Positions 1 through 11,448 are shown, counted from the first letter of the stretch. The stretch: DNA of 64,000 nucleotides from Candidatus Latescibacterota bacterium (GCA_965243025.1 CBDETY010000003.1:1216001-1280000), one strand, 5' to 3'. Translations and numbers: made by a program. Notes: generated from the letters alone by a model not told the origin.

Positions 1-1
1 G

Positions 2-340
2 CTCACCGATATCCCCGACCGCGCCATCGAGGCGATAAGCCTCTCTTCTCCGCTGTTCACCCCGAACGGAGACGGAGTCAACGACGCTCTCCGGATCGAG
101 TACGAGCTGGTGAACCTCAGCGGAGACGTTCCGGCTGTCGTCGGGGTGTACGACCTGGCCGGGCGCCGCGTCGGCGAGGTCGATGCCGCCGGCCCGGGGG
201 TGAGCGGCCTTTTCAGCGTTTCCTGGGACGGCACGGGCGAGGGCGGGGTCCTGCCCCCCGGGCTGTACCTGCTGCAGCTCGAGATCGCCACCGACACCGG
301 CAGCGACCGGGCCGGGCGCATCGTCTCGATCGCTTACTGA
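2..340 (+). CDS. 3' end of secreted protein with C-terminal FlgD-Ig-like domain (partial, runs off window start)
   Basis: Frame 2 is open from base 2: ...SPLFTPNGDGVNDALRIEYELVNL...VYDLAGRRV...WDG...PPGLYLL; same C-terminus as paralogs at 5538, 24274 and 35570. Confidence 0.85.
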   Translation, partial: LTDIPDRAIEAISLSSPLFTPNGDGVNDALRIEYELVNLSGDVPAVVGVYDLAGRRVGEVDAAGPGVSGLFSVSWDGTGEGGVLPPGLYLLQLEIATDTGSDRAGRIVSIAY

Positions 341-482
341 AAAGCGGGGTGAGGAATCGGAACAAGCCCGGACAGGCCGCTGTTCCCCCGTCCCTGGATC
401 CCTCAACCCCCGGAAAGAGCAGGTCCCGGCTTCCACCCCGGCCCCGGCCCTTCCGCCCCGGGATGTACCCTCCACTACTGAA

Positions 483-1952
483 ATGCGTGGAATGCGGTCG
501 CTGCGAAACGATCTTTCGGTGACCGAGACGAGAATCTGGCACCTGGCTCGGGCCGCGGATTTCACCGCCGGCCTTCCGATCGGGGACCGGGCGGCTCGCC
601 GCCATGGTTCTGGGAGACCCCGTTACCGAGCGCCTGGCCCTGAACCACGAATGGCTGTGGCGGGGCCGGAACCGGGACCGCGACACCCGGCCTTTCCTGG
701 AGCGCCCTGAGTGGGGGGAGCTGCTTCGATCCCACGAAGAGGTGTACCGAAGGCTCTACGGGGGTCTGGAACTGGGGGTGGACCTGCCGTCATCGACCCT
801 GCCGACCGACGAGCGGATCGCCGCGGCGCGGCGCGGAAGACCCCGGTCTGCCCCTTCTCTTTTTCAACTGCGGACGCTACCCTCACCTCGCCTCCACGGC
901 CAACGCCGACCTGCCTCGACCTGTACGACTGCGAGGGGGTGGTGATTCCGCTCGCTGCAGCCCGATCCCTGGGGGCGGGCGACCCCGGCATGGTACGGCT
1001 GGGACGTCTGGGTCGGCGGCCCCGCCTGGCTGGCCCAGCACTTCTGGTGGCACTACGAGTTCAGCCTCGACGCCCAATTCCTGCGGCGTCGGGCCTATCC
1101 CTTTTTCAGGGAGGTCGCCGCCTTCTACGCATCCTACCTGGTCGAGGACGAGGGCGGCACCTTGCAGATCGTTCCCTCACAATCTCCCGAGAACCGCTTT
1201 GCCGGCGGCGGCGACCTGCCGGTGACCCTCTGCGTCTCGGCGACCGCCGACGTCCTGCTCGCACGGCAGGTCCTGGGGTACGCGCGGCGCGCGGCCGAGC
1301 TGCTCGGGGTCGGCGAGGATAAGCGGCGCTCCTGGGGGAAACGGCGGCACGGCTGCCGGAGATCGGGATCGGGCGCTTCGGCCAGCTGATGGAGTGGAAC
1401 GAGGATTTCGAGGAGTGCGAGCCGGGGCACCGGCATTTCTCCCACCTGATCGGCATGTATCCCGGCGACTGCCTCGATCCCGAGGAAACTCCCGAGCTGT
1501 GGCAGGCCGCCCTCGTCTCGCTCGAGCGGCGGCTGAAGCACGGCGGCGGCAGCACCCCCTGGAGCCGCGCCTGGGCCTCCTGCCTCTCGGCCCGCGCCGG
1601 CAAGGGGGAGGAGGCCTGGGATCACCTGGTGCGACAGATCTCCGATTACGCCGGCGAAAGTCTGCTGAGCCTGCACACCGGCCCGGACCCGCCGCGGCTG
1701 TTCCAGATCGACGGCAATCTCGGGGCCGTCGCCGCGGTTCTCGAAATGCTGCTGCAGAGCTACCGCGGCGAGGTGCGTTTCCTGCCGGCCCTGCCAGCCG
1801 CCTGGAGGAGCGGCAGAGTGAGGGGGTTGCGCGCCCGGGGCGGCTTCGAGGTCGACCTGACCTGGGCGAACGGCGAGCTGACCCGTGCCCGGATCAGGGC
1901 GAGCGCCGCCGGCGCCTGCACCGTGACGCATGCCTCAGGCCGGTATCGCATA
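483..1952 (+). pseudogene. Decayed GH95 alpha-L-fucosidase
   Basis: GH95 motifs are spread over several frames: [101 protein letters not shown]. Total about 1.45 kb versus about 2.3 kb expected; own stop codon lost. Confidence 0.85.
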
Positions 1953-2663
1953 TCAGGAGGTGACGACCGCCTCGGCCAGCTGTTGGGGGCCGTAGACGCG
2001 GGCGTTCAGGACGATCCCGAAACGCGGTTCGCCGTCCGCCTCGACATGGGGGCCGGCGTGCCAGCTGTGGGTGAACCGCAGGGCGCAATCGGTACCGACT
2101 CCGACGAGGGTGGCTGGCGGGGCCCCGTACGGCATGCCGTCGGCCCGGACCCGGGTCGAGGGACCGGTCTCCATCTTGAACAGGGCGACATAGGGCCGCA
2201 GGAAGTGCGAGTGCCCGTTCTCGAAGTTGGGCGGCGTTCCCGGAAGGGTGCGGAAGACGTACAGCTCGATGAAGTTGCAGGGGCAGCCCTCGCGCTCGAG
2301 CTCGGCCAGCCTCGCGGCGGTGTACTCGACGAGGGGGCTCCCGAGCTCCTCGCCGAAAAAACCGGTGACCTGCCCGAAGCCCTCCCCGACCCCTTCCCAG
2401 CGCGACCCCCGGGGGCGCCGCCGGCCGCCTTCAGCGGGAAGCGGGTCCTTCCAGGCGAAACGCTTTCCGAAGTACCCCGCTTCGGGGTTCTCTCTCATGT
2501 AGCCGTCGATGATCCCGTACACCCGGCGCTGATGCCCCCGGTTCCAGATCGGTCCGGTGCGGATGACGCGCATCCGCCGCCAGGGCTGGAGGAGATCGAG
2601 GATGGCGGCGCCGGCGAACAACCGCCAGGCGCGCGGAGAACCGAGGCCGGTGAGGTATCGCAT
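1953..2663 (-). CDS. Hypothetical protein, possible cupin/2OG-Fe(II) oxygenase-like fold
   Basis: 236 aa with protein-like composition; GHSH...WHAGP...PRFGIVL resembles an HxH/D...H...R jelly-roll pattern (weak). Confidence 0.5.
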   Translation of the reverse strand: MRYLTGLGSPRAWRLFAGAAILDLLQPWRRMRVIRTGPIWNRGHQRRVYGIIDGYMRENPEAGYFGKRFAWKDPLPAEGGRRRPRGSRWEGVGEGFGQVTGFFGEELGSPLVEYTAARLAELEREGCPCNFIELYVFRTLPGTPPNFENGHSHFLRPYVALFKMETGPSTRVRADGMPYGAPPATLVGVGTDCALRFTHSWHAGPHVEADGEPRFGIVLNARVYGPQQLAEAVVTS

Positions 2664-2723
2664 GAGGGGCTGCTAATTTGTAAAATCAGACCTTCCTGTC
2701 ACGCCCTCTTCCTGGATTTCCCC

Positions 2724-3620
2724 ATGCTGGTCGATGCCCATTCCCATTTCCTGCAGGACTACACACCCTGCGCGCGGCTGCCGCGGACCGCGGCCGATCT
2801 CGGCGGCGTCGACATGGGGGAGGTGCTGCGGACCATGGACGAGTCCGGCGTCGAGGTCGCCGTCACCCTCTCGCAGGAGATGACCCGCGTCCGCGGCGAC
2901 TGGCTCGGGTCGAACGAGCTGGCCGCGGACCTGCAGAGGAACTACGGCGGCCGCTTCGCCGGCGTCGCCAGCTTCGAGCCGCTGACCCCGGACGGGCGCT
3001 TCAACGGCGAGCGCTTCGAACAGGTGCGGGCGCAGCTGCGGGCAGGGGATGTGCGCGGCCTGCTGATCACCCCTCCCTACGGGCGCTTTCAGCTCAACGA
3101 CCGCAGGGCCTACCCCTTCTACCAGGCCGCGGCCGAAGCGGACGCCCCGGTATACATCCACCTCGTGCAGCCGGCCGGGGAGTGGGGAGAGGAGTTCAAC
3201 CCCCCGGACGAGGTCGAGGACTTCCCCACCCGCCTCGGCACCCTCGAGCAGGTGATCTCAGATTTTCCGCAACTCCGTTTCAACGTCGAGCACATGGCGC
3301 GCCCCCGCATCGACGACCTGCTGGGAATCATGGCGAAGTGCCCCCAGGTCTGGACCGACGTCACCAAGCTGCTCGGCGATCCGCAGCTGCCCCGCTACAT
3401 CCATACCGCTGCCGAGGGGGGCTTCCTCGATCGCGTGTTCTGGGGAACCGACTACGTCGGCCTGGACGCGGGGGAGTGGGCCGAGTGGGTCGGCGAGGGG
3501 GTTGACTTCGTGCGCGAAGGCCTCAACCGGGGCCTGAGGCGGGGCGGCTTCAGGCAGCTGTCCGCCTCCCGGATCGACGGGCTTCTCGGCGGAAACATCC
3601 GGCGTTTCCTGGGACTGTGA
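2724..3620 (+). CDS. Amidohydrolase family protein (Amidohydro_2)
   Basis: ATG at 2724 gives MLVDAHSH (DxHxH), PVYIH, VEHM and FWGTDY; this is the true gene inside the 1389..3620 ORF. Confidence 0.85.
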   Translation: MLVDAHSHFLQDYTPCARLPRTAADLGGVDMGEVLRTMDESGVEVAVTLSQEMTRVRGDWLGSNELAADLQRNYGGRFAGVASFEPLTPDGRFNGERFEQVRAQLRAGDVRGLLITPPYGRFQLNDRRAYPFYQAAAEADAPVYIHLVQPAGEWGEEFNPPDEVEDFPTRLGTLEQVISDFPQLRFNVEHMARPRIDDLLGIMAKCPQVWTDVTKLLGDPQLPRYIHTAAEGGFLDRVFWGTDYVGLDAGEWAEWVGEGVDFVREGLNRGLRRGGFRQLSASRIDGLLGGNIRRFLGL

Positions 3621-5521
3621 GCCGGATACAGGGGGCCGGCACCTTCCTGCTGGCGATGGCGCTGTGCGCCTTCCTCAACTTCGTCAGCGTCCGCAGCTAC
3701 CTGCTCCTGAGCCGCTACACCGGTTTCGCCGACCACTTCAACACCGTCGGGGTCATCTTCGTGCTGTTCTTCCTGCTGGCGGTCGGGCTGCTGCTTCGCG
3801 CCCTCCACCCGATCCTCGGCCTCAGCCCCGCCTCGTTCGCTCTCGTCTACGCCGCCCTCATGGTCGCCACCGTCATACCGACGATGGGGTTCGGCGGCTA
3901 CTTTCTGCCGTTCATCGCCGGACTGATCTACTACGCGACCCCGGAGAACAACTGGGAGGAGGTGCTGTGGCCGCACGTTCCCGAGTGGGTGGTTCCGCGC
4001 GATCCGGAACTGATCCGCCGGCTCTTCGAGGGCCTCTCCGCGGGGGAGTCAATTCCCTGGGAGCCATGGGTCGTACCGGTCCTCGTCTGGGCCTCCTTCT
4101 TCGTCGCTTTCTCCTGCGTCAGCCTGTCGTTCGTCAGCCTCGTCCACCACCAGTGGTCGCGGGAGGAGCGGCTCGTCTACCCCCTGGCGGCGACTCCCAC
4201 CCTCATGGTGGACAGCCTGAGAGACCCGTCGCGGAGCTTCCTGCGCAGCAGGCTGCTTTGGGCGGGGTTTCTCCTCGCCTGGTCGTACCCGACAGTCAAT
4301 CTTGCCGACCAGCTCTTCGACCTCTCCTGGATCGAGAGCTTCGGCATCCCCTCCGCCCACATTCGCTTCGAGGCCCTCGGCCTCGGCTACGCCCTCAACA
4401 CCGACCTGCTCGTCGTCGGCCTCAGCTTCCTGATCAGCCTGCAGGTGCTTTTCAGCGTCTGGTTCTGCCACCTCCTGCTCGCTTTCGAAAACAGCCTGCT
4501 CGGCTACCTCGGGGTTTCGCTGTCCCTGGCGGCGCAGCCCCACTCCGCCGGGGGCATTCTCATGGCCCACCAGCAGATCGGCTCCCTGGCCTTCCTGGTG
4601 ATCTCCTCGCTGTGGCTGTCGCGCCACTTCCTGCGCAGGCAGTGGCTGATCATCGCCGGCCGCGAGCAGGAGCAGGGGGACAACATCATCCACCCGCGGA
4701 CCGCGGCGATCATGGGGCTGCTCGGGTTCGTCTACATGGCGGTCTTCCTCAACGCCACCGGGCTGCCGCCGGTGTGGTCCATCCTCTTCCTGGTGGTAGC
4801 CCTGCTCGTCTTCTTCGGCACCACCCGCCTGCTCGCCCAGATCGGCTTCAGCCGCCTGCGCGCCGCCAACTCCATCCCGCCGCTGTTCACCAACTCGCTC
4901 GGCAGCGCCGCTTTCGGGGGCCGCGCCCTCAGCGCCATGGGTCTGAGCTTCATGTGGGCGGCGGACATCCAGCTGTTCCTGATGGGCACCCTGGCGCACG
5001 CCCTCAAGGTCTGCGAGGACTCGCGCCTGAGGATCGGCGGCCGCCGGCTTCTGTTTTACTTCGCCGCCGCCCTCTTCGTCAGCCTGGCCTCGATGATCGC
5101 CGTCTACCTCGACATGGGGTACCGCAACGGGCTGATCCACGGCATGAGCTGGTACTACGTCGCCTCCCCGCAGCTCTGCTGGGGCTGGGTGGCCAACAGC
5201 CTCAACACCCCGAGCGGGGGGGAGCCGCTGGCGGCGGTGTTCCTGGCTGCAGGCGCCGGCCTCGCCTGGATTCTCTCCTTCGCCACCCACCGCCTGCCGG
5301 GGTGGCCGCTGCATCCGGCGGGACTGGCGATCGCCCTGACCAACACGGTCAGCATCGACTGGTTCAGCGTATTCCTGGCTTGGCTGATCAAGGCGGTCGT
5401 GCTGCGCTACGGCGGCGTCGCCCTGTTCACCTCGATCCGGCCGTTCTTTCTCGGGCTGATTCTCGGCAAGTGCGTCGGCGTGGGCGGGGCGTCCCTCGTC
5501 CACTCCTTCTACTTCGCCTGA
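3617..5521 (+). CDS. DUF6785/DUF6784-type polytopic membrane protein (putative transporter)
   Basis: 634 aa with many TM segments; [31 protein letters not shown]...[10 protein letters not shown]; paralog at 42870. Confidence 0.8.
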   Translation: MSRIQGAGTFLLAMALCAFLNFVSVRSYLLLSRYTGFADHFNTVGVIFVLFFLLAVGLLLRALHPILGLSPASFALVYAALMVATVIPTMGFGGYFLPFIAGLIYYATPENNWEEVLWPHVPEWVVPRDPELIRRLFEGLSAGESIPWEPWVVPVLVWASFFVAFSCVSLSFVSLVHHQWSREERLVYPLAATPTLMVDSLRDPSRSFLRSRLLWAGFLLAWSYPTVNLADQLFDLSWIESFGIPSAHIRFEALGLGYALNTDLLVVGLSFLISLQVLFSVWFCHLLLAFENSLLGYLGVSLSLAAQPHSAGGILMAHQQIGSLAFLVISSLWLSRHFLRRQWLIIAGREQEQGDNIIHPRTAAIMGLLGFVYMAVFLNATGLPPVWSILFLVVALLVFFGTTRLLAQIGFSRLRAANSIPPLFTNSLGSAAFGGRALSAMGLSFMWAADIQLFLMGTLAHALKVCEDSRLRIGGRRLLFYFAAALFVSLASMIAVYLDMGYRNGLIHGMSWYYVASPQLCWGWVANSLNTPSGGEPLAAVFLAAGAGLAWILSFATHRLPGWPLHPAGLAIALTNTVSIDWFSVFLAWLIKAVVLRYGGVALFTSIRPFFLGLILGKCVGVGGASLVHSFYFA

Positions 5522-5537
5522 CCTGCGGCCGGTCGTT

Positions 5538-7538
5538 TCAGTAGGCCAGCGAAACCAGCCGCCGGGCGCGTTCCTCGCCGCTGTCCGAGGCGACCGCGAG
5601 CTCGAGCAGGTAGAGGCCCGGAGGCAGCGGGGTTCCCCGCCGGTCGCGCCCGTCCCAGGAAGTCCGGTAGAGGCCGCTTGCGGCGCGGCCCCCTCCGACC
5701 TGTCCGACCCGGCGGCCGGAGAGATCGTACACGGCGATTCGCACCGGGACGTTCCCCGCAAGGTTGACCAGCTCGTACTCGATCTCCAGGAGGTCGTTGG
5801 CGCCGTCGCCGTTGGGGGTGAAGGCCGGCGGCGACAGGCGGAGGGTGTGGATCGGCCGGCGCGGTATCCGGACCAGGGCGACCCGCAGGCGGTCGCTGTC
5901 GCTGAGGTCGTCGGCGTTTCCGGCGATCACCGGCTGGGGAACCTCGAACGGCTGCCCGCTGCTGGTCAGCCCGACCCGGAACAGGGTGTCGTAGGCGAAG
6001 ATCTCCGCCTCGAAGCCGACCTCGACCAGCTCCTCGGTGCGCTCGATGCCGACGCCGGGGAACTGCACCGCGAATCCCTCATCGTCGAGACGGACGAGGT
6101 CGAGACCGACGTCGTTGCCCCCGAGGCGGCCGGTGGGATCGACCGCGGTGACGCGCGCGTCCGTAGCGACCGCCAGCCCGTCGAACCCGGGGTCTCCCGG
6201 CTCGAGCCTGGGCTTCACCTTGAGTGTGAACCGGCTCACCTCTCCGGCCGCTACCGCGGCGGGTACGATCTCACCAAGGGCTTCGGCGGCGAGCAGCGGG
6301 GAGGCGGCGAACTGCAGGTAGTCGATCTCCCCGCCGGCTTCCGGGGTCGCGGAGAAGGCGATGTCGAACTGCACGAAACGGCGCGGACGGTCGGCGTTGG
6401 GCAAGCCTCCGCCCGCGGCGAAGTCGTAGGATGCGTTCCAACCGTTCCAGTTCTCGAGGTCGTGGGTGATCGATCCGACCTCGGCGGGTTCCAGGCGTTC
6501 GTACTGCTGCCGGGTCAGGGGGCCGCCGTCCTCGCCGAAGGGCACCTCCTCCTCCCCGCGGAAAGTCCTGCGCCAGTAGACGTCGGGCTGGTCGTCCCCA
6601 CCGGTGCGCATGCGCAGCAGGTTTCTCGCAGGTTCCACTACGCGCCCGGCCCACGCCAACTCCCCGATGCTGAGCGACTCTCCGAGGTCGATGACGTTGG
6701 AACGGTAGGTCGCCACGGGAACGAATCCCTTGCCGAAGATCTCGAACTCCGCCACCTCCCAGGAAAGGCGGTCCTTCGCGAACACCTGGAAAAGCAGCCG
6801 CCGGGTGGGGATGGAGGGGAATTCGAGGTCGACCACGTCGGCCCCCGGTCCCTCGTGGACGACGTCGAAATCGAACCGGTACTCATGGGGGGTTCGGGAA
6901 GTGTATGGAGGATTGTGAGTCCGCCTCCCTTTTTTTGCCGGGTCTCCGTCGTTGGCGGCAAGGATGAAACGGGGGACGGGATCGAGGCCCCCGGAGCGGC
7001 ACTCCCCGGTCTGGAACCTGCCGAAACCGCAGGTGACCAGGCTGCCGTCGTCTTCGCGGGTGAAAAAGCGCACCCGGGTCAGGTGTACGGGGTGTCCGAG
7101 ATCGAACAGGAAGTTCCAACTGCGGGTATCCGTGTAGTACAGGTCCTTGTCGCGGTCGACCATCCGGACCGAGAAACGGATATCCCTGGTCCTCGACACG
7201 CGCCCCCAGGGAACCCAACCCAGGCGTCCTCCTCCGGGGAAATGGTCCAGAACGGCGAAGCGGTCCCCGTCCGGAAGGGGGGCGAGGTTGGAGTCCGGGT
7301 CGGTTCGCTCGGGGCGGATCGATTCCGGCCGCAGCTCGAGGCCGGCGGCCGTTCCGAAGCGGTCCTCGTCGACCTCGGTCCAGTGGAGCTGCACGAACTC
7401 GTGCTCGACCTCGAGATCGGGGGGCGGCTCACCCGATCCCCCGAGTCGCCAGAGGGTGAGGGCCGCGGCCGCGGCCGCCCGGAAGAAAACCAGACAGCCT
7501 GCGAACAGGCGGAAACCGTTTCGTCTGCTTGGGGTCAA
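5538..7538 (-). CDS. Secreted protein with C-terminal FlgD-Ig-like domain
   Basis: Signal peptide ending AAA-LTLWRLGG; EVAEFEIFGKGF, NW..WN.SY, FTPNGDGAND, WDGRD..G.PLPPGLY. Start uncertain (TTG 7538 chosen). Confidence 0.85.
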   Translation of the reverse strand: MTPSRRNGFRLFAGCLVFFRAAAAAALTLWRLGGSGEPPPDLEVEHEFVQLHWTEVDEDRFGTAAGLELRPESIRPERTDPDSNLAPLPDGDRFAVLDHFPGGGRLGWVPWGRVSRTRDIRFSVRMVDRDKDLYYTDTRSWNFLFDLGHPVHLTRVRFFTREDDGSLVTCGFGRFQTGECRSGGLDPVPRFILAANDGDPAKKGRRTHNPPYTSRTPHEYRFDFDVVHEGPGADVVDLEFPSIPTRRLLFQVFAKDRLSWEVAEFEIFGKGFVPVATYRSNVIDLGESLSIGELAWAGRVVEPARNLLRMRTGGDDQPDVYWRRTFRGEEEVPFGEDGGPLTRQQYERLEPAEVGSITHDLENWNGWNASYDFAAGGGLPNADRPRRFVQFDIAFSATPEAGGEIDYLQFAASPLLAAEALGEIVPAAVAAGEVSRFTLKVKPRLEPGDPGFDGLAVATDARVTAVDPTGRLGGNDVGLDLVRLDDEGFAVQFPGVGIERTEELVEVGFEAEIFAYDTLFRVGLTSSGQPFEVPQPVIAGNADDLSDSDRLRVALVRIPRRPIHTLRLSPPAFTPNGDGANDLLEIEYELVNLAGNVPVRIAVYDLSGRRVGQVGGGRAASGLYRTSWDGRDRRGTPLPPGLYLLELAVASDSGEERARRLVSLAY

Positions 7539-7663
7539 GTCACAGGTCCGGCGTTGAACCCGGAGCGCGGATTGCGCTTGTTTGCGGCGATGGATGAATT
7601 GCAAATGAACAGTGAACCGGAGCGACGGCCAAGGAAGCCTGCCAAGAGGAGCCCGACAAGGAA

Positions 7664-8272
7664 ATGACCGGCTCATTCACCGGTGAGAAGGCGCTGGAGC
7701 TGATGCGCGAATATACCCCCTCCGAGGGGTTGCGCCGCCATATGTACGCCGTCGAGACCGCCATGCGGGCATGCGCGCGCCAATGCGGGGCCGACGAGGA
7801 GGCCTGGGGGCTGACGGGCCTGCTCCACGACTTCGACTACGAGCGCTATCCCAACGAGGAGCATTCCGCCACCGAGGGGCACCCTGCCCACGGGGTCGCA
7901 CTGCTTCGCGAGCGCGGTTTTCCCGAGGAGCTGTGCCGGGCCATCCTCGGGCACGCTTCCTACTCGGGGGTTCCCCGCGACACCCCGGTCGCCCGCGCCC
8001 TGTTCGCCGTGGACGAGCTCTGCGGCTTCCTCGTCGCCTGTGCGCTGGTGCGCCCTTCGCGAAGCCTGGGGGACCTCACGGTCCGCAGCGTAAGGAAAAA
8101 GCTCCGGGACAAGGCGTTCGCCCGCGGCGTCGACCGGGATGAGCTGGTCCGGGGCGCCGAAGAGCTCGGAGTCGGTCTCGATGAGCACATCCTCTTCGTG
8201 ATCGAGGCGCTGCGGCCCGAGGAGGGAAAGCTCGGGCTCGGGCGGTCAGGAGAATCTGCTCCCGGTCCTTGA
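7664..8272 (+). CDS. HD/HDIG-domain metal-dependent phosphohydrolase
   Basis: LRRHMYAVE...GLLHDFDYE...H...AILGH...LFAVDELCGF...VRPS; SD AAGGA upstream. Confidence 0.9.
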   Translation: MTGSFTGEKALELMREYTPSEGLRRHMYAVETAMRACARQCGADEEAWGLTGLLHDFDYERYPNEEHSATEGHPAHGVALLRERGFPEELCRAILGHASYSGVPRDTPVARALFAVDELCGFLVACALVRPSRSLGDLTVRSVRKKLRDKAFARGVDRDELVRGAEELGVGLDEHILFVIEALRPEEGKLGLGRSGESAPGP

Positions 8273-8345
8273 CGCCGCCTGCCGGTTTCGCTTTTTCCGG
8301 CTTCCGACCGCATCCCCTCCAACCCACAACCCTGGAAAACCGTTC

Positions 8346-9524
8346 ATGGCAAAGTACCGCACCGCCATCATCGCCTGCGGCGTCATCGGCCGCGTCCACA
8401 CCCGCGGCTGGCTCGGAGTTCCCGGCCGGCCTGTCGAGATCGGCGCCCTTGCCGACACCAACCCGGACGCTCTGCGGGAGTTCGGGGACTTCTTCGGCGT
8501 CGGCGGGGAGCACCGCTACTCCGACTACCGCGAGATGCTCGACAAGGAGAGGCCGGACTTCGTCGATGTCTGCTCCTGGCACCAGCAGCACGCCGAGATG
8601 GTCATCGCCGCGGCGGCGCGGCGCCCGAAGGCGATCCTCTGCCAGAAACCGATGGCCAGCGACCTCGGGGAGGCCGACCGCATGCTGATGGCCTGCAGGC
8701 GCAACTTCGTCAAGCTCGTCATCGCCTTTCAGCGGCCTCACCACGCTGTCTGGCTCAAGGCCCGCGATCTCCTCGCCGAGGGGGTGGTCGGAGAGATCAG
8801 GCGCATCGAGCTCGAGTGCGGGGGCAACATGCTCAACACCAACTCCCACAACATCCGCCTCGGCCTGTTTCTGATGGGAGACCCGCGGGTCGAGTGGGTC
8901 GTCGGTACGACCGAGCGCACCGCCGACACCTACGAACGGGGCCTGCCGGCGGAGGACTCCACCCTCGGGATGGCCGGGTGCAGCAACGGGGCGACGCTGC
9001 TGATCTCGGGCGGGGATATCGCCACCGGCGACCTCGGTCAGGGCTGCCGGGTGCTGGGCTCCGAAGGGATCATGGAGCTCTCGATCGGACGCAAACCGGA
9101 CAGCGAGATCCCTTCCGACGAGGGGATGTACTCGCCGGAAGGACCTTCGGCCCGCTACAACGCCGAGTTCGGAACCGGCCGCTACCTCAATGCCTCGACC
9201 GGCGGCTGGAAGGAAATCGAGGCGCCTTTTCACGACTCCTGGGCGCACCAGTGCCAGGAGGCGATCGACTGGGTGGAGGGCCGCATCGACGACCCGATCA
9301 GCGGCGGCGAACACGGCCGCGCCGTTCAGGAAGTGATGATGGCCCTGTTCGAATCGGCGCGGAAGCGGCAGCGCATCCGCATGCCGCTGCGGACCAAGCT
9401 CAACCCCCTGGCGCGCATGATCGAAAACGGCGACCTGCCGGTCGAATGGCCCGGGTACTCGGAGGTGCGCTCCGGCATCGTGCGCGGCGAGGCGATGTCG
9501 TGGCACGATTCGCAAGCCTCCTGA
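8346..9524 (+). CDS. Gfo/Idh/MocA family oxidoreductase
   Basis: IIACGVIG Rossmann motif, ILCQKPMA, AFQRPH. Confidence 0.9.
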   Translation: MAKYRTAIIACGVIGRVHTRGWLGVPGRPVEIGALADTNPDALREFGDFFGVGGEHRYSDYREMLDKERPDFVDVCSWHQQHAEMVIAAAARRPKAILCQKPMASDLGEADRMLMACRRNFVKLVIAFQRPHHAVWLKARDLLAEGVVGEIRRIELECGGNMLNTNSHNIRLGLFLMGDPRVEWVVGTTERTADTYERGLPAEDSTLGMAGCSNGATLLISGGDIATGDLGQGCRVLGSEGIMELSIGRKPDSEIPSDEGMYSPEGPSARYNAEFGTGRYLNASTGGWKEIEAPFHDSWAHQCQEAIDWVEGRIDDPISGGEHGRAVQEVMMALFESARKRQRIRMPLRTKLNPLARMIENGDLPVEWPGYSEVRSGIVRGEAMSWHDSQAS

Positions 9525-9582
9525 AGATGAGCTGCATGGTACCGGAGGAGACCGGGATGCCCCCCGGGGGAGCAGGGAACCG

Positions 9583-10419
9583 GTGAAGCTCGGTTTCTCC
9601 ACCTGGGCCATGCCCGACCTGCCGATCGACACCTCGGTCCGGGAGCTGGCCGCCCTCGGTTTTCAGGGGGTCGAGATCACCGTGATTCCGCCCTACTCGA
9701 CCGAGCTCGACACCCTCGGCGCCGCCGAGCGGCTGCGCATCCGCAGGCTCTACGACGACTGCGGGGTGGAGATGCCGGCGGTGGCCGGGCACGCATCCCT
9801 GCTGGCCGCGGGGGACGCCCACGCCGAGAACTGGCGGCGCCTGACCAAGGCCGCCGACCTCTGCGTCGATTTCGCCGGCCCGGATGGACCGCCGGCGCTG
9901 AACACCACCCTCGGCAGCAGCATCGACAGCTTCGAACAGCAGCGGGATCTGATCGTCGAGCGCACCGGCAGGCTGACGGAGTACTGCGCCGCCCGCGGGG
10001 TGGTGCTGGCGATCGAGCCCCATTCCGGGGACGGCCTGCGCGACCCGGAGGAGTGCGTCTGGCTGCTCGAGGCGGCGGCCAGCCCCTTCCTCCGGCTCAA
10101 CTTCGACATCAGCCACTTCAACATTCAGGGCCTGCCGGTCGAGCGGACGGTTCCTTTGCTGGCGCCGCTTTCGGTCCACACCCACGTCAAGGACGAGCGC
10201 GGCCGGATTCCCCGGTCCGACTTTCTGATTCCCGGGGAGGGGGAGTTCGACTACGTCGGGTACCTGAGGGAAATGCGGAAGGCGGGGTACGAGGGGTACA
10301 TCACTGCGGAGATCAGCATGCAGGTGCAGCGGCGTCCGGGTTACGATCCGCTTGCCGCCGCGGCCATGACCTACGACACCCTGGACGCCGCCTTTCGCGA
10401 GGCGGGCATCGAGCGCTGA
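9583..10419 (+). CDS. Sugar phosphate isomerase/epimerase (AP endonuclease 2 TIM barrel)
   Basis: GFQGVE, AIEPH, NFDISH, HTHVKD, PGEGEFDY, GYEGYITAE. Confidence 0.9.
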   Translation: MKLGFSTWAMPDLPIDTSVRELAALGFQGVEITVIPPYSTELDTLGAAERLRIRRLYDDCGVEMPAVAGHASLLAAGDAHAENWRRLTKAADLCVDFAGPDGPPALNTTLGSSIDSFEQQRDLIVERTGRLTEYCAARGVVLAIEPHSGDGLRDPEECVWLLEAAASPFLRLNFDISHFNIQGLPVERTVPLLAPLSVHTHVKDERGRIPRSDFLIPGEGEFDYVGYLREMRKAGYEGYITAEISMQVQRRPGYDPLAAAAMTYDTLDAAFREAGIER

Positions 10420-10551
10420 GGCCTGCCGTGCCTGCCTGATCCCGGGAGTCCACGGGGGTGCAGGCCCGTCGGGGCCGGGCCCTGCCTCACTCGACCGCAG
10501 GCCGGCGTCTCAACAAACCGGATGCCGTCATCCAGGTTGGGCGCCTGGATT

Positions 10552-11448
10552 TCAGCCGCCGATGATCATCCCCTTGGGGTCGTGGCGCAGCTTCAGGTGC
10601 TTGGGGTCCTCGTCTCTCTTACCGCTCCTGATCCGCTCCATGTAGCTGGCGTGGCGCCGGGGCATCTCCGACTTGCGCCAGCGCAGGAAGGCGCGTTCGC
10701 AGCGGTCGCGGTTGCCCGGTGAGGCCGCCGCGGGAACCTCGATCGTCCCGAAGGTCACCGCCGTTTCCCGCCGCGACAGGCTGACGATTTCTCCCTTGCT
10801 GACGATGAGGGTCACGCCGACGTTCGCCTCGACGATGGGCACGCCGTTCTCGCGCGCCCGCGCCAGCACCGCCTTGTCCTGTTCCTTCGAACGCGTGCCG
10901 AAGGAGGGAATCAGCAGGTACTGCGCCCCGTCGAGGACGGGAATGCGGGCGATGTCGGGGTTCCAGCGGTCGTTGCAGATCAGGAACCCGCAGCGCCCGA
11001 AAGGGGTGTTGCAGGCGCGGCTCTTCTTCCCGAGGCGGTTGAACCACCAGGACCGGTGGGAGCCCTCGGCGAGCTGCATCTTGTGATACCTGCCGCGGAT
11101 GCGGCCCGTCTGGTCCATGAACACCGCGCAGTTGAACACCTGCCTGCCGATGCGCTCGGCGAGCCCGAAGGCCAGGCAGATCTCCAGCTCCCGCGCCAGC
11201 TCGCGAAAGCGGCCGATCACAGGGCTGCGCATGGTGAGGGCCACCTCCTTCATCCGTTCCGCCGGCTGCTCCCCGGAAATGATCGGGGTGACGACGTACC
11301 CTTCGAGGACCCCTTCCGGGGCAACGGCCAGCTGGGCGCCGCCGGCCGCGGCCTTGCGGAACATCTCCTCCAGCCGGTCCGCGTTCTTCTGCAGGCCGAA
11401 TTTCTCGGGAACGAACGAAATGGCGGCCGCGGTCACTTCCTGAAACAT
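10552..11448 (-). CDS. Carbon-nitrogen hydrolase (nitrilase superfamily)
   Basis: Catalytic E-K-C: APEG, YHKMQL, LICNDR; start MFQEV with SD GAGGAGG. Confidence 0.9.
   Translation of the reverse strand: MFQEVTAAAISFVPEKFGLQKNADRLEEMFRKAAAGGAQLAVAPEGVLEGYVVTPIISGEQPAERMKEVALTMRSPVIGRFRELARELEICLAFGLAERIGRQVFNCAVFMDQTGRIRGRYHKMQLAEGSHRSWWFNRLGKKSRACNTPFGRCGFLICNDRWNPDIARIPVLDGAQYLLIPSFGTRSKEQDKAVLARARENGVPIVEANVGVTLIVSKGEIVSLSRRETAVTFGTIEVPAAASPGNRDRCERAFLRWRKSEMPRRHASYMERIRSGKRDEDPKHLKLRHDPKGMIIGG

Noticed and set aside
1389-3620. 743-aa apparent GH95-amidohydrolase fusion ORF
   Set aside because: The middle third is the antisense shadow of 1953-2663. It is a chance read-through from a pseudogene that lost its stop, and the amidohydrolase has its own ATG at 2724.
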